A stretch of DNA of 64,000 nucleotides from Mobula hypostoma (taxonomy: Eukaryota): positions 87,174,001 to 87,238,000 of the forward strand of contig NC_086097.1 of the NCBI RefSeq assembly GCF_963921235.1, read 5' to 3'. Below the pieces are notes generated by a model. That model saw only the letters and a list, made by a program, of their open reading frames with translations, was not told where the DNA came from and did no database searches. Each line of letters begins with the position of its first letter. Positions within the stretch are counted from its first letter, which is position 1. This document shows, one piece after another, positions 12,361 to 25,493 of the stretch. The position numbers were made by a program, and so were the translations under genes.

Positions 12361-13562
12361 ATTATAGAACTTAGAGCATAGAACATAGAATAGTACAGCA
12401 CAGTACAGGCCCTTCGGCCCACAATGTTGTGCCGACCCTCAAACCCTGCCTCCCATATAAGCCCCCACCTTAAATTCCTCCATATACCTGTCTAGTAGTC
12501 TCTTAAACTTCACTAGTGTATCTGCCTCCACCACTGACTCAGGCAGTGCATTCCACGCTCCAACCACTCTCTGAGTAAAAAGCCTTCCTCTAATATCCCC
12601 CTTGAACTTCCCACCCCTTACCTTAAAGCCATGTCCTCTTGTATTGAGCAGTGGTGCCCTGGGGAAGAGGCGCTGGCTATCCACTCTATCTATTCCTCTT
12701 ATTATCTTGTACACCTCCATCATGTCTTCTCTCATCCTCCTTCTCTCCAAAGAGTAAAACCCTAACTCCCTTAATCTCTGATCATAATGCATACTTTCTA
12801 AACCAGGCAGTATCCTGGTAAATCTCCTCTGTACCCTTTCCAATGCTTCCACATCCTTCCTATAGTGAGGTGACCAGAAATAGATAAGTACTCCAAGTGT
12901 GGCCTAACCAGAGTTTTATAGAGCTGCATCATTACATCGCGACTCTTAAACTCTATCCCTCGACTTATGAAAGCTAACACCCCATAAGCTTTCTTAACTA
13001 CCCTATCCACTTGTGAGACAACTTTCAGGGATCTGTGGACATGTACCCTGAGATGACTCTGCTCCTCCACGCTACCAAGTATCCTGCCATTTACTTTGTA
13101 CTCTGCCTTGGAGTTTGTCCTTCCAAAGCGTACCACCGCACACTTCTCCAGGTTGAACTCCATCTGCCACCTCTCAGCCCACTCCTGCATCCTATCAATG
13201 TCTCTCTGCAATCTTTGACAATCCTCTACACTATCTACAACACCACCAACCTTTGTGTCGTCTGCAAACTTGCCGACCCACCCTTCTACCCCCACATCCA
13301 GGTCGTTAATAAAAATCACGAAAAGTAGAGGTCCCAGAACAGATCCTTGTGGGACACCACTAGTCACAATCCTCCAATCTGAATGTACTCCCTCCGCCAC
13401 CACCCTTTGCCTTCTGCAGACAAGCCAATTCTGAATCCACCTGGCCAAACTTCCCTGGATCCCATGCCTTCTAACTTTCTGAATAAGCCTACCATGTGGA
13501 ACCTTGTCAAATGCCTTACTAAAATCCATATAGATCACATCCACCGCACTACCCTCATCTAT
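12361..13562 (-). mobile_element. Young CR1 LINE, 5'-truncated RT and 3' end
   Basis: ORFs 12798-13565 and 12439-12852 ([30 protein letters not shown]); one frameshift near 12880; (TTCTATG)n tail. Confidence 0.97.
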
Positions 13563-13569
13563 CATTCAC

Positions 13570-14118
13570 ATCTTCCTGGTAAAAATTACAGATACTTTGT
13601 CTCCACTTTGCCAATCAAATAGATCACTTTCTTTCTGAAATAAGATGAACTTTCTGGCATCCAGTTTAGGAACCTTTGAAATATCTTCCTTTTTCCTGAA
13701 CCATGGCTTTTCCTCTACTCTTCTTGCCTATACTCTTAATCAAATCTCATCCATTTCCTGAGCCCCTGCTCTTACTGCTTAGAACAGAGATAGAGTTCCA
13801 CTGGCCATCATCATACACCTCTCTCCATCCTCTCCATTCAACAAATCATTCTCTGCAATTTAAACCAACTTCAAACAGATTCCAGCATAAGGTACATCAT
13901 CCCCCACAACATTTCACAGGGACTATTTATTTTGCAAACTGCTGGTTCCCAGTTCTGTTCCCACCACCCACTCCCCTTCTCACGGCACTTTCTTTTGCAA
14001 CTGCAGACAACGTAACCAATGTTAGCAGTGTTGACAAATGCTTTTTGAACTGAAAAAATTAACCCTGTTTCTCTTCCCACCACTCCACCCCGACCTCCTG
14101 AGTATTTCCAGCATTTTA
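13570..14118 (+). mobile_element. Decayed Penelope-like fragment (RT C-terminus/linker plus 3' end)
   Basis: aacagagatagagttccactg (NRDRVPL), ctctccattcaacaaatcattctctgcaattt (L.IQ.IIL.NF); 3' end gacctcctgagtatttccagcatttt. Confidence 0.7.
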
Positions 14119-14121
14119 AGG

Positions 14122-14487
14122 TAAGATATAAGGGAAAAGAGCAGAACTAGGCTATGTGGCCCATCAAGTCTCTTCCACCAGTTCATCATGGCTGATCCAC
14201 TTCCCTCTCAACCCCATTCTCCTGCCTTTTCCCTGTAACCTTTCATGCCCTGACTAATCAGAACCTCTCAGCCTCTGCCTTAAGTGCACCCAGTGACCTG
14301 ACCTCCACAGCCAAATGTGGCAACAAATTCCACAGATTCTTCAGCCCCAATGGCTGAATAAATTCCTCCTTATCTCTGTTCTGAATGGACATTTTGAGGC
14401 TGTGCCCTCTAGTCCTACACTCCCCCACTAAAGGAAACATCCTCATCACATCCACTTTACCTAGGCCTTTCAATATTTGATAGGTTA
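14122..14487 (-). mobile_element. CR1 3' end fragment
   Basis: ORF 14258-14557 (YQILKGLGKVDVMRMFPLVGECRTRGHSLK); similar to 1047-1420. Confidence 0.88.
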
Positions 14488-16822
14488 GAGAGTTTGTCCT
14501 ATAAGGATCACCCGAGGCCGTGAAGATGGAACTTAGAAATAAAAATAGGGTGATCACTTGGCGGTGGTTACAGGATACGCATCCAAACAGTCAGTAGGAA
14601 TTTGCGCCACAGATATGTAGGCAGATCACAGAAAGCTGTTAAGCAATGGGAGATTATAACTTTCCCCGCAATGGGATTGCACCAGTGAAATGGGCTTACA
14701 TGGAGTGAAATTTGTGAAGTATCCCCAAGAAAGATTTTCACAGACAATATATAGAGAGTCCTACTAGAGATTGGGCAGACCTTCACTACATCTTATGAAA
14801 TGCAATTGGCCAGGTAGTGAAAGTGTCTGTCGGAGAGCACTTTGGGAATAGTGACCAGATTTCCGTAGATTTCAAGACAGTTTTGGAAAGGGATAAGGTT
14901 AGTCCTTAATTTAAGTTCCTGAACTGGGGTAAAGCTAATTTCAATATTGTAAGAGTGTATCTGGAAAAAGTAGAACGGGAGTAGATGCTTACACATAAAA
15001 CAACAGCTGAGAAGTGGAGTCTTTTAAAGCAAGCTAGCAAGAATTCAGAAACTGTATATTCCAGACAGGGTGCAAGGCTAAAGTAGCAAAATGGTGAAAC
15101 CTTGGATGACAAAGGATATTGAAGGCTTGTTTGGTAATGAAAGAAAATATTTGCAGATATAGATAACCGAGTGAGAAGGAATCTCTTGGGGGAGATAGAG
15201 TAGGATAAAACTCAAGAAAGAGTACAGGAAAGGATCACAAAGTATCCTTTGTATTAAAGAAAAATGTCAAGACATTTTTTAGGGATATCAGAAGGAAGAG
15301 GGTAGCCAGTGAAAGAGTGGATCTCCTGAGAGATGGAAGTGGTTACCTATGAGTGGCTCAAGGTTTAAACAAATACTTCTCATCTGTATTCATGAAGAAG
15401 AAAGATGTTGGAGGTAGTGAGTCGAGGGATGGGAATGTGGGTAACCTGGAGCAGATTGGTCATAAGAAGGAGAAGGTGTTGAATGTCAGTGGGATGCATA
15501 AGAGTAGATAGATCGCCAGCAACAGGTTGCTATGGGAAGCGAGGGAGGAGATAGCTGAGGACCTAATGGATATTGTTGCATCTTCCTTAGTCGTAGATGA
15601 GGTGCTAGGAGATCGGGAAAAGCTAAGATTGGTACCCTTACTTAAGAAGGGCAGCAGGAATAAACTGAGTAACTACAGGCTGTTGAGCATTACATCAGTG
15701 GTACTAGAAAAAATCCAAAAATACCAACATTTTGAAAAGCGGATCCCGATCAAAGATAGTCAGCATGGCATGTATAGAGGAAGATTTTGCCTCATTACTC
15801 TGAATTATTTTTGACAAGTTAACTAAAAATATTGATGATCACAATGAGGCTGCTGTTGTGTATATGGACTTTAATAAGACAATGTCTCACATGGTAGGCT
15901 GATTCAGAAGATTAAGGCTCATGGCTTCGAAGGTGAGCTGACAAATTCAACCAGCTTTTGAATGACCTGAAATTTGGTGATGTCGTAGATGAAGAGGATG
16001 CTTGCCTAAAGCTGTGCAGAACACAAATCAGATGGAAATTTGGGTAGAGCTTTAGTAGGTGGAATTTAATTCTGACAAGGATAACGTGATACATTTTAGG
16101 AAGTCAGATAGAGGTACGATGCAAAACGTAAATGATGGATTGCTGAGGAATGTTGATGAACAGAGGGGCACTGGGGTTCAAGTCCATGGCTCCCAACAAG
16201 TGGCAACAGGTAGACAAGTGGGGAAGAAGGCATATGGTATGTTTGCTTTTGTAGGTCAGGGCATAGAATATAAAAACTGGATATTATAACGTATCCTTAC
16301 AAAACACTGGTTAGACTGCACTTAGAGTATTGTTTGCAGATCTGGTCGTCACGTTATTGGAAGGATGTGATTGCTCTGCAGAGATTTCAGAGCAGACTCA
16401 CTAGTATGTTGCCCAGACTAGAGGATCTTAGTTTTGGGCTTTGTTTCCCTGGAGCATAGGAGACTGAGCGGTGACTTGACTGATGTATGTACAATACATG
16501 GATGAAGTGGTTAGAATATTTTTCCCATGATGAGCTATCACCTACAAGAGAACATAGGTTTCAGATGAAAGGAAGGAGTTTTAAGGGAGATATCAGGGTA
16601 GAGTTCTTTTACACAGAAATTGATACCTGGAACTTGCAGTCTGAGGAGATAATGTCAGATATAGTATCTGTGTTGAAGAGACACTTTGATTGCAAGACCT
16701 ATAAGTGGCAACAACTTATGCACCTGATGGTTGCAAATGGGATCAGTACAGACAGTTTGAAATTTATGTGATGGGCTGAATGGTCCATTGCTGTGTCATA
16801 CGATTTTGCAACTCTGTGACTC
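14488..16822 (+). mobile_element. Old CR1 ORF2 remnant
   Basis: LWEAREEIAE, VPLLKKGSRNKLSNYR, MEFNSDK, KKAYGMFAF, HRFQMKGRSFKGDIR; many stops and deletions. Confidence 0.88.
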
Positions 16823-18892
16823 AATGAATATGGAGACTCTGATAATTCACACTACTCTAAGTAGCCTCCTATACAAATTAAACACTATTTCACTGTTTCT
16901 AAGTACTGTATTCAGAAATATTCTCCATACAAAGATTAAAATTCTGTGCAAGACATCAGGATGGAAGGCACTTGCAAGGGGTCAAGCCTGTTTGCAACCC
17001 TCAAGCTGAAAACGATTGTGGCGTGAGCATATTTGCTGTCTTCTTCTCAGAATCTAAAATGACTGGGAAGTGTTTTGGCTGTAAAAATCAAGCTTACTGT
17101 CTGGTAACTTCAAAAATTGCTTGAATTTCGCTCTTGGCCATCATTCTTGGAACAAGCTCTCTGGCAGCTGTTGTTCCAATTTTTTCCAAAGTGGTAGTGG
17201 TATGTACAGAATCCCACTGGAATCCGTCTGACAGCATCAACCTCTGTGGCAATGAAAACTAGGTTGGAACTATAAAGAAAATGAATCTGTTGCAATGAGG
17301 CATTGATGCTAATTCTGGATTCCACTAAAGAACAAATGTCACCACAACTCAGAGCAAGTGAAATAGTAGTGGATAAGTGAGGCTTATCTCTGGAAGGCAC
17401 CAGACCAGAGACAAGGAGAAGAAACAGGGGATTGAATATTCTGAAGTTTTACTTCATTGGTCTCGGTGATGGGGAAGTACTTTTGCAAGGGCCTTGGGGA
17501 GGAGACCAGATAGACAAGTTGCATTCTCATAAGGATAAATTCTTGGTGGTCTATGGAATAAGCAAGCTGATAAATAACACTTATTTTTGCATCTTTTACT
17601 GCCAAGGAATGAAATCATTTTGTCTGCTTGAGATGGTACAATCGGAAACTCACCATGTGGGAAATTGCCTGCTTCAAACAAATAATTGCTCTGTCAGTCA
17701 TGGAGAAAAGAAAATTGGAGACTGAGTCACCCACTGCCACTGCAGAGCTGGCATCGAAGTTGTTCCTTTTGGTTGGACTGTCATGTGGTGCTAACAATTG
17801 ATACTTAGATTCAATGTGTAATTCTACAAACTGAGCATATAAATCTGCATCTGCCAAACTATTAATTTACACATCACTCAACACTGATCCAATTAAAAGG
17901 GATTGGCAATGTGAAGGATATGTTACCGTTCTGCTGACTAACTAATAAGAACTAACTGATGAAAACGATTCCTATGGTGGAACAGACAGACCAAAAGGCT
18001 AATCTACATTGTTCCCCATTAATTTATTTCAGATAGATAGAGCTGAGTGCCACCAGGCAGCTTGGTAGCAAAGCAGATATTAATTTCATGTGGTTGTCAC
18101 TGGTAGCAGCACTTGAACAAATACTGAGAGGTGATTGGAAGAATACCCTGAAAATCTTTAGGAACACTGTGGTGTCAGCAAGAACATTTCTATTCTTTCT
18201 GGTAAGAAATATGTCATCAGTTAGGCCTCGTAGACCAAAATACTATGAATATAGCTGGATCAGAATCGGTAAAAATCAGGCTGTCCGACTTCTGAGAAAC
18301 ATCCTAAAGTAGACACGTGGCATGTGGCCCCTCAGTGACGTGAGCTAGGGAAAAAGAATTCAGTGCATCCAATTATCCTGCACCTAGCTCACTGACTAGA
18401 TAGATAATCTGCTTCCTGCAGCCTGGACTTCTCTTTTTTTGGTGGGCTGCATTGAGAGATGCCCCACAAATGAAAGCAGCTCTCAGACTATGAGTAGGTT
18501 CTGGTGTTTATACAAACCTTTTCAATTCTTTTAAATGACCTCGAAACATACTTAACTTATATATATTCCCTGGGAGGCTTCTTCATAGACTTCCCCAGTT
18601 ACCTTCCCACTTAACTTGTATCCTCAGCATCTTTAGTACCTATAGCTTGATGCTTTCATCCAAAGTATTTATATAAATAAAAGGTATCAATCGTTGTGGC
18701 ACACTGATAAATGTAGACAAGTGGATAAAGTTCCATCTATGCCCACCCTCTGTTTCCTGTTAGCCAACCAAACTCTTGTTCATGCCATTATGATACTTCC
18801 TGCATCATTAACTTTAAGTGTACTCACATTCTAGCCCCTCTTCTCAGGGGTTAAAAGACTTAGTGGTGAAACCAGTGTCACAAACATCAAAC

Positions 18893-19066
18893 TGTAGGGT
18901 AACGTAATTGGGAGAAATGTACATAATTCATAACCACCGACACTGAGTTGGGGTTTGGCTTTAAGAGTCTGGTCTCACGTGATGACGTTATTATGTAAGA
19001 GGTTTTTAGCGCGCATTTGTTGTGTAGGTTTTGGAGTTCAATAAAATGTGTTATGGGTATTGTTAA
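18893..19066 (+). mobile_element. Solo or partial LTR related to the Gypsy LTRs at 58047 and 61983
   Basis: tgtagggtaacgtaattgggagaaatgtacataattcataaccaccgacactgagttggggtttggctttaagagtctggtct aligns with both LTRs; AATAAA near 19040. Confidence 0.8.
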
Positions 19067-19637
19067 AGGGGGACTAATTTCCAAGTGAGAAACTCTTAAG
19101 AAAAGAATTAAGAACTGTGGGATTGAACTTCAGTGAGATTCCCCAACTATTCTAGACTCTGCCCAATGCTTTGTTACATCGAAGCTAAACTAAAAGAGAA
19201 TTGGTTGAGTATGATAGGTTACTGCTCTGATGCTGCCTCTTTTCGACCTTTATCAAGTTTGAACTTCACTTCTTTGTTATGTGAGGTTACTATATTATAA
19301 GATCACAAGATGGTTATAGATAAATAAGACTATTGAACTTGAGCTTATTAAATGACTCCATAGAACCCTGTAATATCTCAGCCCCTCCAATTAATGGATC
19401 TGATTCCAGAGTTTGGAATCATAGATGTGCTATTGGGTTAACAAGATGCCATTTGGCCTATTGAATCTATGCTGGTCCCAAGTAGACAATTCATCCTTAT
19501 ACTCTTTCCCCATACCCCACCAGGTCATTCTCTCTCATGTGTCTAACTCCCTTTTGAGGATACTGTTTCCAGCACCCCAAAGGCAATAACCACAAAAGCA
19601 TCCTGAGAAAAAAAAGGTGTTTATTCAAATATTTCTT

Positions 19638-20222
19638 TAGATTATGAGAACACTCAATCCTCTTTTATTGTCATTTAGAAATGCATACATGCATTAAGAA
19701 ATGATACAATGTTTCTCCGGAGTGATATCACAGAAAACAGGACAAACCAAAGACTAACACCGACAGAACTACATAATTATAACATATAGTTACAGCAGTG
19801 CAAAGCAATACCATAATTTAATGATAAACAAACCATGGGCACGGTAAAAAAAAAAATCTCAAAGTCCCCGAGTCGATCAACTCCCAATCGTCCCCGATAG
19901 CAGGCGGCAAAAGGGAGAAACTCCCTGCCATAAACCTCCAGGCACCATCAACTTGCCGATGCCTTGGAAGCAGCCGACCACAGCCGACACTGAGTCCTTC
20001 TGTCCAAAAACTTCGAGCCTCTGACCAGCCCCTCCGATACAGCCTCCTGAGCACCTTTGACCTAGCCGTGGCCGCTGAAGCAAGCAAAGCCAAGGATTTG
20101 GGTCCTTCTGCTCCGGAGATTCCAGTTACCACACAGTAGCAGTGGCAGCGAAGCAAACATTCCAGAAGTTTTCCAGATGTTCCTCTGTACTCTCACGTCT
20201 GTCTCCATCAAATCAGAATTTC
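19638..20222 (-). mobile_element. Non-autonomous retroposon related to 1421-2030
   Basis: Shared blocks atgcattaagaaatgatacaat, gatatcaca.aaaacaggaca, cataattataacatatagttaca, ttccagatgttcctc. Confidence 0.78.
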
Positions 20223-20224
20223 TT

Positions 20225-20500
20225 GTACTTTTATCCATAAATTTACAACTCTGTCCCATTATCCTTGAATCATTTATTAATGGGAATGGCTTCCCTTGAC
20301 CTAATCTACCTAAATCTGCCATACTCTTGTACATGTCTATCAAATCTCTTCTCAACCTTTCTTAGACCAATAATATCTAATTCCTGGAACAGATCTATTA
20401 AGGATATAATCTGTGCTAATGAAAGAAATTATGTACCAAATCTATCTTCTTTTTCTCTGAATCCCACATTGATTTTAATCTTCAAGCAGTGGCCAGTAAA
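20225..20500 (-). mobile_element. Decayed CR1 3' remnant
   Basis: ORF 20062-20355 start MRRDLIDMYKSM..LGRL resembles CR1 MRGDLIEVYKIM.GLDR. Confidence 0.55.
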
Positions 20501-20504
20501 TTAA

Positions 20505-20985
20505 AGGAACCACATCTTATATTCCACCTGAGTCACCTGCAACCGAGCAACATGAATGAAGATTCAGCTTCTGCTACCTGCTTCCCCTTTGTTCCTTTTC
20601 TCTTTTCTCACTCCTCCTGATCAACCTGACCTTATCACCATAACTATTTACCCCCACCTCCTCCCTCCATTTCCTCTCCCCACCTCTTTCCCTTTATTTC
20701 ATTCTCCTCCTTCCACCCATCACCTTCTAGCTTCTGATGCTTTTGACACTCTCCGTTGGCCTGCCAGCCCTCCTCAAATGGATCCTCCCATTGCCTACCA
20801 GCTTTTGATCTACCCCTTCTTGGCACTTATTTTTTTACTGCCTACTTTCCTCCATCTTTTGGGGCAGGTGTAGGCTCTCGACCTGAAAAGCTGACTATCT
20901 GTTTCCACCCATAGATGCAGTCTGACCTGATAGTCCTCCAGCACTTTGTGTGTTGCTCCAGATTTTAGAAACTGCACTCTCTTCT
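20505..20985 (+). mobile_element. Decayed Penelope family A-like 3' fragment
   Basis: gaaccacatcttatattccacctgagtcacctgcaacc (E.HLIF.L..LQP), CT-rich tract, eroded hammerhead region near 20870-20897 and typical 3' end. Confidence 0.75.
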
Positions 20986-21298
20986 GTACCCAGCACGATC
21001 ACTTGCTAGAAATTCTATGTAATTGCAAACCCATTATTCTATAAAAATCAGAGTACAAGTAATAAGTAACCACAATAGAAATGCGCCTAGCAGTAGACTG
21101 AATTTGCTGATGCCAACACATTAAAATGTGAACTCCTGCCAAAACTTGTCACGTATCTTGAGCCAAGGCTCAGATCCATTTACAATGAGAGTTATAGTGA
21201 GAAATACAACTTTAGGTTTTCAATGGAAGTGCAGAAAATGAGAAGTGAACTAGAACATGGTTCTTCTGTATATGACACATTTTTCACTTTATCATATA

Positions 21299-21884
21299 CA
21301 CTTAGTGACCACTTTATTAGATACAGGAGTTGGATCCAGTGAGGCTCTCTGCTGCTGTAGCCCATCTGCTTCAAAGTTCGATGGGTAGTTCATTCAGAGA
21401 TGCTCTCCTGCACACCACTGTTGCAATGCATGCTCCCTCAATTTCCCTCAGGGTCAATAAAGTATGACTATGACTATGACTATTTGAGTTACTGTCTCCT
21501 TCCTGTAGGCTTGAACTAGTCAGGCCATTCTCCCCTGATCTATCTCATTAACAAGCCATTTTTCCCCGCTGAACTGCTGCTCACTGGATTTTTTTCTTAT
21601 TTGTTTTTTGCACCATTCTCTGTAAACTCCAGAGACTGTGTGAAAATCACAGGAAATCAGCAGTTTCTCTGATACTCAAACCACCCGGTCTGGCACAAAC
21701 AATCATTCCACAGTTAAAGTTACTCGGATCACATTTCTTTCCCATTCTGATATTTGGTATGAACAGCAACTGAACCTCTTGACCATGTCTGTGTGCTTTT
21801 ATGCATTGTGTTGCTGCTACATGATTGGCTGATTAGATATTTGCATTAGTGAACAGGTGTACCCAGTAAAGTGGCCACTGAGTG
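21299..21884. mobile_element. Tc1/mariner-type MITE
   Basis: TA-cacttagtgaccactttattagataca ... tgtacccagtaaagtggccactgagtg-TA: imperfect 27-bp TIRs with TA TSD. Confidence 0.88.
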
Positions 21885-22234
21885 TACCATGGTACTTTCC
21901 AATATAATGGGATAAGTGCCAGAAATTTTCAAAATTAATAAGATTTTGCTGAAGGAACATAATTTTGGCTCCATTACCTCCATCAGATGCCAATTTTATA
22001 TGTTGATTACACTTTGTGTGAAGTGTTCAATAATTCAATACTCTGAACTTTTTCCAATATACATGCTTCCAAATTTACCTTTATATGCTTATCTATTATG
22101 TTACTATCTTAATGGGTTCATTTTTTTCCAATTGCCTTCTTTTGCAACATAGCAGCTAAATTCTCCTCCCAATTGAGTCCTAGGGTCATAGGGCTTAGCT
22201 GTGTAAATATCATCTATACCTCATTAAAATCCAT

Positions 22235-22560
22235 AGTAAATGTATTATCAAAGTACATATATGTAATCATATACTATCCTGAGATTCATTCACAGTAAAT
22301 ATAAAAAATACAACAGAATCAATGAAAAATACACACAGTAAAGACAGACAAACAACCCATACGCAAAATTCTGCAAATACAAAGAAAAAATATAATAGTA
22401 ATAATAACAATAATATGCAGAACATTAAACACAAAGAAAGGAGCACTAGAGCTAATAGAATACAAAACAGAGCAGCAGGATATAATACAATCAATGGATG
22501 AATATGAAGCATAAGTATCTGGGTTATCAATGAGCGAAGAAAATAGATCATAGTGTGATA
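22235..22560 (-). mobile_element. Rex1/Babar 3' UTR fragment
   Basis: ttatcaaagtacatatatgt..catatactatcctgagattcatt matches Rex tails at 7020 and 54715. Confidence 0.65.
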
Positions 22561-24979
22561 AACACAGAACATAGAACATAGAACATAGAATAGTACAGCA
22601 CAGTACAGGCCCTTTGGCCCACAATGTTGTGCCGACCCTCAAACCCTGCCTCCCATATAGGCCCCCACCTTAAATTCCTCCATATACCTGTCTAGTAGTC
22701 TCTTAAACTTCACTAGTGTATCTGCCTCCACCACTGACTCAGGCAGTGCATTCCATGCACCAACCACTCTCTGAGTAAAAAACTTTCCTCTAATATCCCC
22801 CTTGAACTTCCCACCCCTTACCTTAAAACCATGTCCTCTTGTATTGAGCAGTGGTACTCTGGGAAAGAGGCACTGGCTATCCACTCTATCTATTCCTCTT
22901 ATTATCTTGTACACCTCTATCATGTCTCCTCTCATCCTCCTTCTCTCCAAAGAGTAAACCCCTAGCTTCCTTAATCTCTGATCATAATGCATACATTCTA
23001 AACCAGGCAGCATCCTGGTAAATCTCCTCTGTACCCTTTCCAATGCTTCCACATCCTTCCTATAGTGAGGTGACCAGAACTGGACACAATACTCCAAGTG
23101 TGGCCTAACCAGAGTTTTACAGAGCTACATCATTACATCGCGACTCTTAAACTCCATCCCTCGACTTATGAAAGCTAACACCCCATAACCTTTCTTAACT
23201 ACCCTATCCACCTGTGAGGCAACTTTCAGGGATCTGTGGATATGTACCCCGAGATCCCTCTGCTCCTCCACACTACCAAGTATCCTGCCATTTACATTGT
23301 ACTCTGCCTTGGAGTTTGTCCTTCCAAAGTGTACCACCTCACACTTCTCCAGGTTGAACTCCATCTGCTACTTCTCAGCCCACTTCTGCATCCTATCAAT
23401 GTCTCTCTGTAATCTTTGACAATCCTCTACACTATCTACAACACCACCAACCTTTGTGTCGTCTGCAAACTTGCCAACCCACCCTTCTACCCCCACATCC
23501 AGGTCATTAATAAAAATCACGAAAAGTAGAGGTCCCAGAACAGATCCTTGTGGGACACCACTAGTCACAATCCTCCAATCTGAATGTACTCCCTCCACCA
23601 CCACCCTCTGCCTCCTGCAGGCAAGCCAATTCTGAATCCACCTGGTAAAACTTCCCTGGATCCCATGCCTTCTAACTTTCTGAATAAGCCTACTGTGTGG
23701 AACCTTGTCAAATGCCTTACTAAAATCCATATAGATCACATCCACTGCACTACCCTCATCTATATGCCTGGTCACCTCCTCAAAGAACTCTATCAGGCTA
23801 GTTAGACACGATCTGCCCTTCACAAAGCCATGCTGACTGTCCCTGATCAGATCATGATTCTCTAAATGCTTATAGATCCTATCACTAAGAATCTTTTCCT
23901 ACAGCTTTCCCACCACAGACGTAAGGCTCACTGGTCTATAATTACCCAGACTATCCCTACTACCTTTTTTGAACAAGGGAACAACATTCACCTCCCTCCA
24001 ATCCTCCGGTACTATTCCCGTGGACAACGAGGACATGAAGATCCTAGCCAGCGGCTCAGCAATCTCTTCTCTCGCCTCGTGGAGCAGCCGGGGGAATATT
24101 CCGTCAGGCCCCGGGGATTTATCTGTCCTAATGTATTTTAACAACTCCAACACCTCCTCTCCCTTAATATCAGCATGCTCCAGAACATCAACCTCATTCA
24201 TATTGTCCTCACCATCATCAAGTTCCCACTCATTGGTGAATATCGAAGAGAAGTATTCATTGAGGACCTCGCTCACTTCCACAGCCTCCAGGCACATCTT
24301 CCCACCTTTATCTCTAATCGGTTCTACCTTCACTCCTGTCATCCTTTTTTTCTTCACATAATTGAAGAATGCCTTGGGGTTTTCCTTTACCCTACTCACC
24401 AAGGCCTTCTCATGCCCCCTTCTTGCTCTTCTCAGCCCCTTCTTAAGCTCCTTTCTTGCTTCCCTATATTCCTCAATAGACCCATCTGATCCTTGCTTCC
24501 TAAACCTCATGTATGCTGCCTTCTTCCTCCTGACTAGATTTTCCACCTCACTTGTCACCCATGGTTCCTTCACCCTACCATTCTTTATCTTCCTCACTGG
24601 GACAAATTTATCCATTACATCCCGCAGAGATCCCTAAACATCGACCACATGTCCATAGTACATTTCCCTGCAAATACATCATCCCAATTCACACCCGCAA
24701 GTTCTAGCCTTATTGCCTCATAATTTGCCTTTCCCCAATTAAAAATTTTCCTGTCCTCTTTGATTCTATCCTTTTCCATGATAATTATAAAGGCCAGGGA
24801 GCGGTGGTCACTGTCCCCCAGATGCTCACCCACTGAGAGATCTGTGACCTGACCCGGTTCATTACCTAGTACTAGATCTAGTATGGCATTCCCCCTGGTC
24901 GGCCTGTCCACATACTGTGACAGGAATCCATCCTGGACACACTTAACAAATTCTGCCCCATCTAAACCCTTGGAACTAA
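22561..24979 (-). mobile_element. Young CR1 LINE, end of endonuclease plus RT plus 3' end
   Basis: Consecutive ORFs ([58 protein letters not shown]) with few stops or frameshifts; (TTCTATG)n tail; nearly identical to 12361-13562. Confidence 0.97.
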
Positions 24980-25204
24980 AGAAAAAACTTTTGACAGAAT
25001 TTACTTCAAGGCTTACGAAAATCTGCCAGAGTTCAACTGTAAAAATACAATAAAGGCAATAAACACATTTGCTTACCCAAAGTGACATAATATCTTGGTG
25101 TGAAACCGATCTAGAAAATTGAAAAGAAAAATAAGAACTGAAATGACCAATTTCAGAGAACATTAAGTACACTTAAATGCATTTAGATTAACACGACCTT
25201 GTGT

Positions 25205-25493
25205 GTTGGCACGTGGTCAAGTGGTTAAGGGGTCGGTCTGGTGATCTGAAGGTCGCTAGTTTGAGCCTCAGCTGAGGCTTTGTCCTTGAGCAAGGCACTT
25301 AACCACACATTGCTCTGCGACGACAAGCTGTATGGGCCCTAGTGCCCTTCCCTTGGACAACATCGGTGGCGTGGAGAGACTTGCAGTATGGGCAACTGCT
25401 GGTCTTCCATACAACCTTGCCCAGGCCTGCGCCCCAGAAACCTTCCAAGGCGCAAATCCATGGTCTCACGAGACTAACGGATGCCTATAATAA
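25205..25493 (+). mobile_element. tRNA-derived SINE
   Basis: A-box tggtcaagtgg, B-box-like gtttgagcc, central tgtccttgagcaaggcacttaacc, short TAA tail. Confidence 0.82.

Noticed and set aside
17110..17857. Several overlapping 70-97 aa ORFs in unique sequence
   Set aside because: No homology recognised and no consistent exon boundaries.
23584..24637. Plus-strand ORFs up to 130 aa
   Set aside because: Antisense shadows of the CR1 ORF2.
25205..25280. tRNA-like sequence and 16-bp palindrome agcctcagctgaggct
   Set aside because: SINE head, not a tRNA gene: no full cloverleaf and it continues into a SINE body.
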